The notes: generated from the letters alone by a model not told the origin. Counted from the first letter of the stretch, positions 21,454 to 32,478 are shown. The stretch: 64,000 bases of DNA from an uncultured delta proteobacterium (GCA_963778655.1 CAVZVA010000010.1:160001-224000); one strand, 5' to 3'. Numbers and translations: made by a program.

Positions 21454-22212
21454 CTACGGGCACAGGGCGGCTTGAACGGTCTGGCAGGTTGCGGCCAGGC
21501 CTTGCTGCACGACCATCTGGCACGGTGAGCGACGCGGCGGCGGCAAGCTTCCGCAGCACGCGGTCAACGACGTGCATGCGCTCGGGTCGCCGCCGGGCGG
21601 ACACAGCGCAGCCGTGAGCTGCTCGCACTCGAGCGGTGTTCCGCTCATCGCCGTGGATGCGCAGGCGACGCGGACCGCGCCCCGGGGCAAAGAATCGCAA
21701 CATTGGCTCAGCGTCCCGCACGCGAGCGTCCCCGCGTCGCCGCCCGCCGACGTGCACGCTACCTGCTTGAACTGGTCGCAGCTCGCGTCATCGGCGTTGC
21801 CCGCGATCAGCTCGCAGCTCATGCGGTCGGCGTCTGCCAACGACGCGCAGCACTGCATCAGCCCTGCGCAGCCCGGGCCCGGTGCAGCCACCTGGCCTGC
21901 GTCACTCGGCCCAGCGTCCAGCGCCTTGCCGGCGTCGGTGACGGCACCTCCGCCGCCGGCGTCACCGCCCGTTCCTTCACTGCCCGCGCCGCCGTCTTCG
22001 TCCGGGAGCGCGCCCGTGTCCCCGCCCGAGCCGCCCGTAGAGCCGTGCCCTCCGCCGCTCTTGCCGCCTCCGCCGGCGGCCTTGCCGCCGTCAAGGCTCG
22101 GCTCCGCGCCCGCATCCAGGCCCCCATCTTTGGTGATGAACACGTGCCGGTCGCTGCAGCCAGCGATCAACGCGAGCGCAAGCACACCCGCGCTTGTGAT
22201 CGTTCCCCGCAT
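21454..22212 (-). CDS. Lipoprotein with three CxxLxxCC repeats
   Basis: IAGC lipobox, Gly-rich linker, CAGLMQCC/CGTLSQCC/CTSLTACC. Confidence 0.75.
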   Translation of the reverse strand: MRGTITSAGVLALALIAGCSDRHVFITKDGGLDAGAEPSLDGGKAAGGGGKSGGGHGSTGGSGGDTGALPDEDGGAGSEGTGGDAGGGGAVTDAGKALDAGPSDAGQVAAPGPGCAGLMQCCASLADADRMSCELIAGNADDASCDQFKQVACTSAGGDAGTLACGTLSQCCDSLPRGAVRVACASTAMSGTPLECEQLTAALCPPGGDPSACTSLTACCGSLPPPRRSPCQMVVQQGLAATCQTVQAALCP

Positions 22213-22482
22213 GCTCAGGTCCCTTCGTTGGGCGCGCGCAGCCCTTGCGCACCGCCTCTCGCCACGTCCACCTGGGCGCACCCTGTCCCTCACTGTCGGC
22301 GCGGGCCTCGCTGCGGTTGAAAAAAATGCCACGTAGCTCGAGTCGGTGCAGGCGATGGTGGCCGAAGCGCAAGCGGCGCCCGTGCCGAAGTGAGGGACGT
22401 CGGATTTTCGGCCGGCCGGGGTCCACCGGCCGTAGGTAGCTTGTCTTGACAAGCGTGGCTGGGCTTGGCTGAGTGGAGTCGC

Positions 22483-22885
22483 ATGCAGCTCGACGCCGCG
22501 ATCCCAGGCGCGCCGCTCGACGAATGCGGCAGAGCCGCAGCACAGGCCGAGGAGATCGGTTTCTCCGCGGTCTGGAGCTCCGAGACCAACCACGATCCGT
22601 TTCTGCCGCTGGTGCTCGCCGCGCAACGCACCGCGCGCGTGACGCTCGGCACCTCGAACGCCGTGGCGTTCCCGCGTAGTCCCTTGGTGCTGGCGCAGCT
22701 GGCGTGGGATCTGCAGTCATACAGCAAGGGTCGTTTCGTGCTCGGGCTCGGCACGCAGGTCAAAGCCCACAACGAGCGCCGCTTCGGCGTGCCGTGGGGC
22801 GAGCCTGGGCCAAGGCTGCGCGAGATGCTGCAGATGATTCACGCGGTCTGGGACACGTGGCAAGACGGCAAGCGCCCGGCAATGC
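22483..22885 (+). pseudogene. LLM-class F420-dependent oxidoreductase, 3' truncated
   Basis: ETNHDPFLPL, AWDLQ..SKGRFVLGLGTQVKAHNERRF; similarity ends after ~135 aa. Confidence 0.8.
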
Positions 22886-22938
22886 GGGTCTTGCGCACAT
22901 CCGCTGGCGTGGGACGCGGACCCGGGGGCGCCCGCGGG

Positions 22939-23523
22939 TCACCTCGGGCTGGCTCGGTCGGCACGTGCGCGTCGTCCAGCGCCTCGATCCCGTTCCCGTG
23001 TTGTCCGGGCATAGCGAGCTGCTGGTGCAACTGGTGGTAAACCTCCGAGGGCCGGGTCGGCCAACTGCGTTGGCGGCAGGCCCCGAACGCGGCAGTGAAG
23101 CTCCCACAGAGCAACCCGGTTGCTGTCCCAGCTAAGGCGTCGATGTGCCTCGAGGAACGGAAGCCACGCGTGCTCGCAGTGCTCGGCCGAGAGTCGCAGC
23201 GCCGTGTCGTGAACCGCCACGCCGAAGGCGTGCTCGGGAACGACAAAGACATCGCTAGGCCAGTGCTCGGTCCCCGCGAAGACCGACGCCGGTATGGATG
23301 CCCGCGCATCCAGTTGTACCCAACGTTCGACAGCTACAATTTGGGTCTCCTCGGACGTCTCGCGGACCGCTGCTTCGTATGGTGTCTCCAGGCCCTCGCC
23401 GCCGCCCGAGATTGCCTGCCACATCGTCCGAATCTTGCTGCGCCGGAAGATCGCGTAGAGCGGTTCGCCACCTGGCGGCTCGAAGAAAGGAAGTACGATG
23501 ACCTGAAACGGGGCACGCGCCAT
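22939..23523 (-). CDS. NUDIX hydrolase (NudB-like); 3' end probably read-through
   Basis: WQAISGGGEGLETPYEAAVRETSEE, LSAEH, WDSNRVALWEL. Confidence 0.8.
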   Translation of the reverse strand: MARAPFQVIVLPFFEPPGGEPLYAIFRRSKIRTMWQAISGGGEGLETPYEAAVRETSEETQIVAVERWVQLDARASIPASVFAGTEHWPSDVFVVPEHAFGVAVHDTALRLSAEHCEHAWLPFLEAHRRLSWDSNRVALWELHCRVRGLPPTQLADPALGGLPPVAPAARYARTTRERDRGAGRRARADRASPR

Positions 23524-23539
23524 TTTCGTTCTGCCTTGG

Positions 23540-24100
23540 TCAGGTGGCCTGGGGCGCGGACAATGCAGAAGCACTCGCAGCTCTTGCGAGCAAGACGCGC
23601 TCGAACGGCTGGAGCGGCTGTTTGAGCGCTTCGGTCATCGAACGAAATGCGCCGCCGCGTTCGTATCCGTCGGGGTCCCGTGCCTTCGGGTCAAACTGGG
23701 CCGGCTCGGCCAGGAATACTTGCCACAAGAAATCGGGATAGATGACGCGCCCGACGCTGACTGGTGCCGGGGTCTCGTAGCGAAAGTGGATGACGCTGAA
23801 TGCGGACGGGTTGCAGATCGACCAGGCCGTCTCTTCGACAACCTCGCGGCGCGCTGCATCCAGTGCGGTCTCGCCCGGCTTCCGCCTCCCACCGGGAATC
23901 ACGTGCTTACCGTCCTGGTTCTCTCCCACCAGCACGCGACCACGTTTGAGCACGAGAGCTCGACCCGCGAGCACAAATGCATCCGGAGGGGCATCGGCCG
24001 TGAAGTAGCCCCGAAGCGCCAATCGGTGCTCACGCCATGCGATCGACTGGCCAAAGTCAGGGGCCCGGTGCTCCAGAAACGCCGCCAGCTCACGATCCAT
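23540..24100 (-). CDS. NUDIX hydrolase
   Basis: PGGRRKPGETALDAARREVVEET. Confidence 0.8.
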   Translation of the reverse strand: MDRELAAFLEHRAPDFGQSIAWREHRLALRGYFTADAPPDAFVLAGRALVLKRGRVLVGENQDGKHVIPGGRRKPGETALDAARREVVEETAWSICNPSAFSVIHFRYETPAPVSVGRVIYPDFLWQVFLAEPAQFDPKARDPDGYERGGAFRSMTEALKQPLQPFERVLLARAASASALSAPQAT

Positions 24101-24284
24101 CGCCGCTCGTCAACCCAATGAACCTGGGGCTCAGCTCTGCAAACCCGCACCTTTCGGCACAGGCAGCCGCGCATGAATGGTCGCGCCAACTACGCCGAAC
24201 ATCAAGGCGAGATAGCGCTGGTATGCGCCGGCCGTCTGGTATGCGTCGGCGGTCCGACGTAGGATTGCCCGCGCGGGAGGCATC

Positions 24285-25097
24285 ATGTCCTACGAGACGA
24301 TTCTGTACGGCGTGGCAGACGGTGTCGCGACCATCACCCTGAACCGACCCGATCGCATGAACGCGTGGAACGCGAAGATCGCCTCCGAGCTCAGCGAAGG
24401 GCTTTCGGCGGCCAATCAGGACGACACGGTCCGAGCCGTCGTCATCACCGGCGCGGGCAAGGCGTTTTGCGCGGGAGCCGATCTGGGTCGTGGCGGCGAC
24501 ACCTGGTCGGCTCCACCGCGTTCGAGCCCGAGTCCGAGCCCGGAGCGTCCCAAGGCGGTCTTCCCCTGGGAGATCGACAAGCCCGTGGTGGCCGCGATCA
24601 ACGGTCACGCCATCGGCGTGGGCATCACCTACGCCATGATGTGCGATGTGCGCTTCGTCGCCGAAGACGCCAAGATCCAGTTTGCGTTCGTTCGCCGCGG
24701 AATCATCCCTGAGCTCGCCTCGCACTTGATCGTGCCCCGTGTGATCGGCTTCTCGAAGGCGGCGGACCTGCTGATGACCGGCCGCACGATTCGCGGACGT
24801 GAGGCCGCCGATCTCGGCCTGGCCACGAAGGCACTTCCCGCCGACGAGGTGCTGGCCGCCGCGCGCGAGCACGCGCGCGAATACGCGAGCGCCGCACCCG
24901 TGTCGGTCGCGATCAGCAAGCGGCTGCTTTGGGATGGGATGTCGCTCACGGTTCCCGAGATGCGCAAGCGCGAGGATCCGCTGTTCGCGTGGTCCGGACG
25001 ACAAGCCGACGCGCGCGAAGGCGTGGTGTCGTTCCTCGAGAAGCGCGCACCGGCTTGGAAGCTTTCGGCGAGCAGCGACAAGCCTGAAGGCCTTTGA
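24285..25097 (+). CDS. Enoyl-CoA hydratase/crotonase family
   Basis: ITLNRPDRMNA, FCAGADL, AAINGHAIGVG. Confidence 0.92.
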   Translation: MSYETILYGVADGVATITLNRPDRMNAWNAKIASELSEGLSAANQDDTVRAVVITGAGKAFCAGADLGRGGDTWSAPPRSSPSPSPERPKAVFPWEIDKPVVAAINGHAIGVGITYAMMCDVRFVAEDAKIQFAFVRRGIIPELASHLIVPRVIGFSKAADLLMTGRTIRGREAADLGLATKALPADEVLAAAREHAREYASAAPVSVAISKRLLWDGMSLTVPEMRKREDPLFAWSGRQADAREGVVSFLEKRAPAWKLSASSDKPEGL

Positions 25098-25271
25098 CGG
25101 AGTTCTGCCCGGAGCACTTCGCCCTGAGCCCAACGCTCGTGCGCACGGGCTTGCGTTGGTGCGCGACCGCGTCGCCACGGCGCGCGGCATCGTGCCCGAG
25201 CTTCCCCACGTCAATCGCGTGCATGTGCGCGCCCGGAAACTGACGCTCGCGGAGAAGCTGTCGGTGGCCGC

Positions 25272-26679
25272 TGGCCGTGCTCAACAGGCCGGATGAGCAG
25301 CGCGGTTCGGAACTCCTACGATCATCGACTTCGACAAGCCATCGTGGAAACAGGCGACCCCGACCTCTTTCCCGAGCTGCTCATTCCCGATTCCACACGC
25401 AGAACCTGGATGCGCCGCGGTGTCGCGAACGTTGTCAGCTTTGATCGGGCCGACGCACACATCCTCGCATTGCAGGTGCACAACGCCAAGCTCCGCAAGC
25501 GAATGACGATCTTGGTCGCGCTCGTTCGATTGCTCGTCACCTTGGTTCGCGTACGAGGTCTGTCCATCGAGCACGCGCGCGTTCCTACGACTGCCGCCAA
25601 GGACAAGCTCCTGCGAGCGGTCGCAGCCGCAGAGCCAGTACTCGGCCGTGCCGCTGCTTTGAAGATCTTGGGGTTGAGCGACGGCCGGTTGCGTAGCTGG
25701 ACGCAACGACAGACGCTTTGCATGCTTGACGACGCGCCCCCCTGCCCTCGGACGACGCCGGGACGCCTCACTCGAGACGAGGTCAGTACCATGCGTGACC
25801 TCGTCGAGTCCGACGACTTCAAGCACTTCTCGCTTCGTTCGCTGTCGCTCGATGCCCAGCGTCTTGGCACCGTCTTCGCCAGCTACGGAACCTGGTGCCG
25901 AATGCTGCGCGTGTATGGCTGGCGCCGACCTCGCAAACGACTCTACCCCGCCAAACCCAAGGTCGGAATTCGCGCCACTCGACCAAACGAGTGGTTTCAT
26001 ATCGATGTCACGATCATTCGCCTCCTCGACGGCGCCCGCTGCTATCTGCATGCCGTGATGGACGGCTTCTCCAGGCGCGTGCTCGCATGGACTCTGCGAC
26101 CCAGGCTGTCGGCAGAGGGCACCCGGCGTGTCCTGGGCGACGCACTCGCGCGGGTACCCGGCGCCCGGGTCAACGTGCTCACCGACGGCGGCTGTGAAAA
26201 CACAATCGTCGGCACCGACCAAGAGCTCAGCGCCGTCGCGGACCACGTGGTCGCCCAGGTCGATATCACCCAGTCCAATTCGATGATCGAATCGCTGTGG
26301 TCTCAGCTCCGTCATCGCTGGCTCTACCTGCATTCGCTCGACTCTTTTGCGCGGCTCGAACATCTCATCGCTGTTTATATTGTCGATCACAACTCCAGGA
26401 TCCCGACCATGGCCCTGGGCGGCCGCACGCCAGATGAAGCCTATTTCGGTCGCGAGACCAACCTCCCTCGACAACTCAGGGACCAGCATCTCGAAGCCCA
26501 ACGCCTGCGTGTCGAGACTAACCGGCGGACGACTTGCTTGAGCTGTAGCTCCGTTGAGGCGCAGCATACGACTCCGGGATCGCCGCCGGGACTGGTTGCG
26601 TAATCGGCAGAACCCGTTTCGTCCGGCGGAAACGGGTTCGCGCAAATGCGCGCCGGACTTCTTGGAATGCTCGGGCACA
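25272..26679 (+). mobile_element. IS with rve-type DDE transposase (CDS 25293-26603)
   Basis: WFHIDVT, LTDGGCEN, NSMIESLW, GRTPDE; TG..CA ends; no target duplication; abuts integrase remnant. Confidence 0.75.
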
Positions 26680-26832
26680 ATGCTGTGCTCCATGACGGGC
26701 CACGTCACCGAGCGCATGACCGAGCACTACTCGCACGTGGAGGACTACGAGAAGCGCAAGGCCGTCAGCACGGTCTTGCAACTCGTCTCCACCGCACAAA
26801 GTGGAACATCCGGTGGAAGGTCGGTGGACTAG
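26680..26832 (+). pseudogene. Tyrosine integrase C-terminal remnant
   Basis: SMTGHVTERMTEHYSHV identical to the intact integrase. Confidence 0.85.
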
Positions 26833-26886
26833 GCCGCCAGGGCCGAATCGGAACGGCGACTAACTAGCCGAACTTCCTAGACAATC

Positions 26887-26932
26887 ACGGAGCGGGAGAA
26901 GGGATTCGAACCCTCGACGTCAACCTTGGCAA
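26887..26932 (-). repeat. att copy of tRNA-Gly 3' half (46 bp)
   Basis: Identical to 32362-32407, stops at anticodon loop TTGCCAA. Confidence 0.9.
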
Positions 26933-27225
26933 TAGGCCCAAAGTTCCCAACTCGTGAGCGAAATTCAGCAATAACAACGCGGTCGCACGCACACGTGAGC
27001 ACGCAAGGGAACACAGAAGCACGAGGGCAGGAGTCAAGGAGGGGTCGAGAGTTTGGTGGCTGCACTATGCCACGTGGACTCTCTCGCGATCACGCCCCTC
27101 GCGCGCGCACTGACCGTCAACGTTGACCACCTCCGCCAGGGCGGCATACGTTCCGGCGCGTCCCGCTGCTCATGGGCTTGTCGTTTGCTGTGATCCGCTA
27201 GGTGCGGTCGGGCCAGGCCTTCGCA

Positions 27226-28017
27226 TCATCTCTTTTGCGTCGACAACCCTTTGCGGAACGCGTTCAGTCGCCCGCGGAGCGCTTCGCGGGGTTCCGGGTG
27301 ACCGCTAATCGATGCGCGTGCGAGTCGTTCGAATGGCGCGGAGTCGGGCAGGTCAACCGCACGCAGAAATGCGTCGATGAGCGCGCGGTGGCTCGGCTCA
27401 GCGATTTCGGCGATGTCGATGCCGAGCGCCAGCGCGGGCTGGTCCCCGAAGTCCGGTACTTCCGAAAGCCGGGGATCTTCCCAACGACGCGTGTCGTCCA
27501 CTGGAAGGTAATCAGACAGGACGTAGCCGAGATCTTCGAGGTCGCGATCGCGTTCGGTTGGGCGATCGAGCCAGGCGACCATCTTCAGCACCACGATGAC
27601 CGGAAGGGTCGCCACGGCGATCGATACGTCGGGCTCTAGACGGATCTCCCGAGTGTGCCGAAACGCGAGGTCGAACGCGGCCAAGTTCATCACGTGTCCG
27701 CTATCGGCAAAGACGAGACGTCCGCTCGCAAGCTCGGCGTGCGAGGCGGGAAGGATGTCGAGACGAACGTTGGTGCCGGGCACCTGCCACCGGTGCTCCA
27801 CCTTCGGATGGCGCTCGAGCCCGAGGTGTTGCAGGTCGACTGCGACACTCGCGGAGTCGGCCACCACAGTGAGGTCCAGGTCCGCGGTTCGACGCCAGGT
27901 CATCGGCAGATGCGCCCCGAGCGCTGCGGCGCCTATCAGCACAACCTGTCGGTCCGGCCACGCGCGACGCAGTCGGGCGAGCACTTGCACTTGCTCGGGT
28001 GAAAGAGCGGAGTTCAC
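27226..28017 (-). CDS. Nucleotidyltransferase toxin, AbiEii/type IV TA-like
   Basis: LIGAAA..RRTADLD, LKMVAWLDR..RDLEDL; overlaps antitoxin stop. Confidence 0.8.
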   Translation of the reverse strand: MNSALSPEQVQVLARLRRAWPDRQVVLIGAAALGAHLPMTWRRTADLDLTVVADSASVAVDLQHLGLERHPKVEHRWQVPGTNVRLDILPASHAELASGRLVFADSGHVMNLAAFDLAFRHTREIRLEPDVSIAVATLPVIVVLKMVAWLDRPTERDRDLEDLGYVLSDYLPVDDTRRWEDPRLSEVPDFGDQPALALGIDIAEIAEPSHRALIDAFLRAVDLPDSAPFERLARASISGHPEPREALRGRLNAFRKGLSTQKR

Positions 28018-29081
28018 CTGTAGCGCTCCTCGCTCAACCAGCGCTCTGCGATTTCGCGCGCGGCTTCACGTGCCCGCTCGTTGCGCTCGAACAGCAGCTC
28101 CGAATACACGAGCAAGGGATGCGCCGTGTCGTCCGTCACGCCCTGTTGTGCCAGCAGCCCAGGGTACGCGACGAGCTCGAGCGGCCCCGAGCGATCCGGG
28201 ATGGCTCGCAGTCTGCGGACGATATCCGGCGACAGCTCGGCGGTATGGACGATCGTGTGAGCACCTCGGTAGTGGCCGGTCAGCCGGTGCGCAGCGGCAC
28301 CGCCGCCCCAGCGGAAGTCCTCCCGCTTGCCGAGCAGCGCCCCAAGGCGCTCCTCGAGCGCGGCCGGATCTGGGTCAGGTGTGCGGAATCGGCCCAACAC
28401 CAGGCGCGGTCGAAGCGCCGTGAAGTAGCCTGTCACGAACGTGTCGAGCGCACCTTTGTGTCGCCCAGGTACCCACCGGAAAGTTCGTCCTGTTTGGACG
28501 AGGGTTCCGAGCTCAACAAGTCTGTGGCGCATGTCGAGAGCGGCCTGCCGGCTCACGCCCGCGGCCTCCGCCAGAGCCCGCACGGAAGCCCCGGCCAGCG
28601 ACGGCTCGGCCAGAAGTGCGAAAAGGGCGCGGTAGGCCGGCGCGCGCAGAGCCTTGCCGCCAGCGACGGGAGTGGGGCCCCTGCGGCCCTGAATGCGCGC
28701 GACATACTTGCCGCCGAGATTGAGGTAGCAGTTGCCAGCCAGATCCATGAAGGCAACACGCTCGCGTTCGAGTAGGTCCCCGAGCTCACGCCCAACCGAC
28801 GGCGCGAGCAGCAACAGGCGCGCTCGATCGCGAGCGCGCGCCGAGGCACGAAGCGAGAGGAGCTGCTCTGCCATGGCAGGAGACCAATGGCTCTTCTTCA
28901 CTTCGGCCAACAGCCGCTGTTTGCCAGACTCGGTACGAAGCTCCAGCTCGTAGTCGAAGACCTGATCCACCTCGGACCGCATCACGCGAACGTCTCGCAC
29001 GAACGGCAGCGCACGAAGGCGAGCCAGGTACGGTTGGAGCTCGCTAGGCCCAGCCTGCATGCTGGTCTGGTAGCATGTCAT
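28014..29081 (-). CDS. AbiEi-type type IV TA antitoxin (start may be 29060)
   Basis: FMDLAGNCYL, WGGGAAA, HPLLVYSELL..ERAREAA. Confidence 0.8.
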   Translation of the reverse strand: MTCYQTSMQAGPSELQPYLARLRALPFVRDVRVMRSEVDQVFDYELELRTESGKQRLLAEVKKSHWSPAMAEQLLSLRASARARDRARLLLLAPSVGRELGDLLERERVAFMDLAGNCYLNLGGKYVARIQGRRGPTPVAGGKALRAPAYRALFALLAEPSLAGASVRALAEAAGVSRQAALDMRHRLVELGTLVQTGRTFRWVPGRHKGALDTFVTGYFTALRPRLVLGRFRTPDPDPAALEERLGALLGKREDFRWGGGAAAHRLTGHYRGAHTIVHTAELSPDIVRRLRAIPDRSGPLELVAYPGLLAQQGVTDDTAHPLLVYSELLFERNERAREAAREIAERWLSEERYR

Positions 29082-29413
29082 TTACTAAGTGACAAACGAT
29101 TATAAATGACATCGCGGCGCTTGGCTTACAGCGGGGTACGCCGGTCCACGCTCCGGCAGGCCACGACCGGCGAAGTTGGCCACTCGATGACGGGTCACGT
29201 CACTTAGCGCATGACCGAGCACTACTCGCACGTGGGCACGGACGTGAAACGCACCGCCGTGCTGCGAGCCCTGGCCCCGCTTTCAGCCGCTCAGGTGGGG
29301 ACAAGTGCCGCGGCGACGAACGACGCCAGCAGCACTGTCCCCTAAGTGTCTCAAAACTCAGCCAAAAACGGAGCGGGAGAAGGGATTCGAACCCTCGACG
29401 TCAACCTTGGCAA
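28722..29413 (+). repeat. 692-bp direct repeat (copy 31716-32407): abiEi 5' part, integrase remnant, tRNA 3' half
   Basis: Appears identical at offset 2994. Confidence 0.9.
29076..29111. promoter_or_regulatory. AT-rich palindromic operator upstream of abiEi (copy at 32070-32105)
   Basis: TGTCATTTA-C-TAAGTGACA plus second half-site TAAATGACA. Confidence 0.55.
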
Positions 29414-29612
29414 TCGTCCTCGTCCTCCGAGATCGCACGCGAAGCGCTACTTTCCCGGCAACCCGAGCGCACGCACGAGCACGCAGGATCTCCGAGGCGC
29501 AGGTGGTTGCAGTCAACGCGAAGTCAACCGGCATGGCGTCGAGGCGCGGGAAGTGTCGCCAGCGCGGGGCGCCGCGTGGTGGCTGCGCCCGTGCTGCGCT
29601 ACGATGCGCACC

Positions 29613-29846
29613 ATGGCTGCGGACGGCACTCGTGACGAATCGACGGCGGAGCGCTGCGAGCGCACGCTGGCCGTGCGCGGTCCGGAGCCGGCCTTCGATG
29701 ATCAGGGCGTCGATCTCACCCAGATCCGGGCGGCGCTCGCTCGCACGCCCGACGAGCGGCTCTCGCACCTCGAGGCCAGCGCCAACAGCCTTCGCTGGTT
29801 GCTGAAGGCGGCGCACGCTCCGCGTACCGATGTCGACGCCGTCTGA
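29613..29846 (+). CDS. Small putative antitoxin
   Basis: GVDLTQIRAALARTPDERL; overlaps start of the nucleotidyltransferase gene. Confidence 0.55.
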   Translation: MAADGTRDESTAERCERTLAVRGPEPAFDDQGVDLTQIRAALARTPDERLSHLEASANSLRWLLKAAHAPRTDVDAV

Positions 29847-30321
29847 CTATCGTAGGCTCTTTCGCGAGCTCGCTGCGGAACGCGTCGAGTTCATCGTCGT
29901 GGGCGCCCTCGCGGCGGTGCTCCAGGGTGCGCCGATCGTCACCTTCGATCTCGACATTCTGCGCAGGCGCACGCCCGAGAACATCGAGCGCCTGTTACGT
30001 GTGCTCGAGCGCCTGAAGGCCGTCGCGCGCAACGACCCACGACGCATCCCGCCCAACGCCTCCCACCTTGGTGGTCCTGGCCATCTGCTGCTGGACACCA
30101 CCGCCGGCGACCTCGACATTCTCGGCACGATCGAGGAGTCCACGGGCTACGACGAGCTCTTGGACGAGACCATCGAGATCGAGCTGGAGGGCGCCCGCGT
30201 CCGCGTGCTCCGACTCGAGCGCGTGATTCGAGCCAAGGAGGCCGCGGGGAGGCCCAAGGACCTCGCCGTACTGCCGGTGCTGCGCGCGACGCTCGAGCAA
30301 ATCCGCCGCCGACAGCGGTGA
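29830..30321 (+). CDS. Nucleotidyltransferase-family protein
   Basis: VVGALAA..G..TFDLD, KEAAGRPKD. Confidence 0.8.
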   Translation: MSTPSDYRRLFRELAAERVEFIVVGALAAVLQGAPIVTFDLDILRRRTPENIERLLRVLERLKAVARNDPRRIPPNASHLGGPGHLLLDTTAGDLDILGTIEESTGYDELLDETIEIELEGARVRVLRLERVIRAKEAAGRPKDLAVLPVLRATLEQIRRRQR

Positions 30322-30652
30322 GCGCCTAGTCAGCATGAAGAGGGTGTCTTGCCCGTCCGGGAAGTGAACCCATAATCCTTTCTGCGAAGCAGGCTCCCCC
30401 AATGTATCGGGAGGCCTGCTTAATTCCGCGCGGCAGAAGCGACGTGGTCGTGCGGCTCACTGCCGCAGAGGCATCCTCTACGAAGAAGGCGCGTTGCCGG
30501 GCGTGAAGGTCTCCGCCGCCGAGGTCATCTCGAGGGTCGCGCCTGCAGTGGATCACGTGCTCGCTCATCACGCGTCAGATCGCACCGAGCGGCTTCAAGC
30601 TCACCGAGCTTCCTCAGCACGGCGATGGGTGATAGCCGGGGTGGTGTACGGC

Positions 30653-31333
30653 CTACTCGGGGCGACGCTCGAGCGCGTGCTCGAGCTCGATGATCGAGAT
30701 GAGCGTGAGGTCGGGTACCTCATCGGGTCCGCGCGCAACCTGGTGGCGGGCGAAGCCTTGCAGGACGCGCACCGTGCTCCAGCCCAAACGCTTGGCGGGC
30801 GCGATGTCGTTCTCCAGGCGATCGCCGATCATGGTCGCGTCCGCCGGCGAGCAGCCGGCAGTCCGGGCTGCCTGCTGGAAGATGCGTGGGTCGGGCTTCG
30901 CGATCCCGAGTTCGGCGGAGGCTGCGACCACTGAGAAGGCATCGCGGATGCCGAGTCGTCGCAACCGCTCCTCGGTCCCAGTCGATTGGTTCGCGATCAC
31001 GCCCAGCCGATGCGACTTGCTGAGCCGCCCGAGCAGGGCCTCGACGCCAGGGTAGAGGCGCTCGCGGCCGTGGTCGTAGGCGATGTCGCGCCGGATCGCT
31101 TGCACCAACGCCTCGGGGAGACCGAGGCGCGACGTGATCGTGGCGAAGAAGGGGCTGGCCGCGAAGTCGGTCGCTGCGCGCTCCAAGAGCTGCCACAGCT
31201 CATCGACCGCGCAATGAACGCCGTGCCCTTCGAGCAGTTCGACGGTGAGCTGGCAGCGCGCGCGGTGGGCATTGGTTTCGTCGATCAGCGTCCAGCCCAG
31301 ATCGAAGAAGAGCCACTTTGTAGCATCGGTCAT
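30653..31333 (-). CDS. HAD-family hydrolase
   Basis: FDLGWTL, KPDPRIF, MIGDRLEND. Confidence 0.9.
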   Translation of the reverse strand: MTDATKWLFFDLGWTLIDETNAHRARCQLTVELLEGHGVHCAVDELWQLLERAATDFAASPFFATITSRLGLPEALVQAIRRDIAYDHGRERLYPGVEALLGRLSKSHRLGVIANQSTGTEERLRRLGIRDAFSVVAASAELGIAKPDPRIFQQAARTAGCSPADATMIGDRLENDIAPAKRLGWSTVRVLQGFARHQVARGPDEVPDLTLISIIELEHALERRPE

Positions 31334-31715
31334 GCGGGCCGGTGCCTCCGACGCTTCACGCCAAGGAGCGGGTGGCTACCATGAAGCACCTGCCCAGTCT
31401 GCCAGCGCCCCGGCGCCGCGTCATTCGCCGACCTCGGTTGCCAGCGCGCCGGCAGCTCCGACAGCTGGGAACTCATGACCAACCGCTTCGAGTGAACCCA
31501 AGAGACCGAGCGGCGGCCTCGAGAGCTGGTGGCGGCGTCCGAGCACGAGGACCGCGTGTCGAGGCGCCTACATTTCCGCGTCCTTCATCTCGCGCCGCTT
31601 CTTCAACCAGGCGTGAACGAGGGCTCCCGCGACCATGAGAGCCGGAACCAACAGCATGCCGGTCTGGACCCCGCGGAGATCGATCGGCACTCCAAGCTCG
31701 TTCAGGGGCTTCACC

Positions 31716-32075
31716 GAGGTAGCAGTTGCCAGCCAGATCCATGAAGGCAACACGCTCGCGTTCGAGTAGGTCCCCGAGCTCACGCCCAACCGACGGCGCG
31801 AGCAGCAACAGGCGCGCTCGATCGCGAGCGCGCGCCGAGGCACGAAGCGAGAGGAGCTGCTCTGCCATGGCAGGAGACCAATGGCTCTTCTTCACTTCGG
31901 CCAACAGCCGCTGTTTGCCAGACTCGGTACGAAGCTCCAGCTCGTAGTCGAAGACCTGATCCACCTCGGACCGCATCACGCGAACGTCTCGCACGAACGG
32001 CAGCGCACGAAGGCGAGCCAGGTACGGTTGGAGCTCGCTAGGCCCAGCCTGCATGCTGGTCTGGTAGCATGTCAT
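31716..32075 (-). pseudogene. abiEi 5' fragment (duplicate)
   Basis: Matches 28722-29081 then breaks into unrelated sequence. Confidence 0.85.
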
Positions 32076-32177
32076 TTACTAAGTGACAAACGATTATAAA
32101 TGACATCGCGGCGCTTGGCTTACAGCGGGGTACGCCGGTCCACGCTCCGGCAGGCCACGACCGGCGAAGTTGGCCAC

Positions 32178-32300
32178 TCGATGACGGGTCACGTCACTTA
32201 GCGCATGACCGAGCACTACTCGCACGTGGGCACGGACGTGAAACGCACCGCCGTGCTGCGAGCCCTGGCCCCGCTTTCAGCCGCTCAGGTGGGGACAAGT
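32178..32300 (+). pseudogene. Tyrosine integrase C-terminal remnant (also 29184-29306)
   Basis: SMTGHVT*RMTEHYSHVGTDVKRTAVLRALAPLSA; inverted homolog of ~32504-32621. Confidence 0.85.
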
Positions 32301-32363
32301 GCCGCGGCGACGAACGACGCCAGCAGCACTGTCCCCTAAGTGTCTCAAAACTCAGCCAAAAAC

Positions 32364-32437
<74 letters not shown>

Positions 32438-32447
32438 AAGTGGGCGG

Positions 32448-32478
32448 AATAGATAGGCAAATCGGAACCGCCTGTCAA
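32448..32478 (-). promoter_or_regulatory. sigma70-type promoter of tRNA-Gly
   Basis: TTGACA (32478-32473) then AT-rich TATCTATT; -35 contains the integrase TGA. Confidence 0.65.

Noticed and set aside
26887..29413. Additional tRNA-Gly genes
   Set aside because: Only 3' halves; no D-arm or 5' acceptor strand
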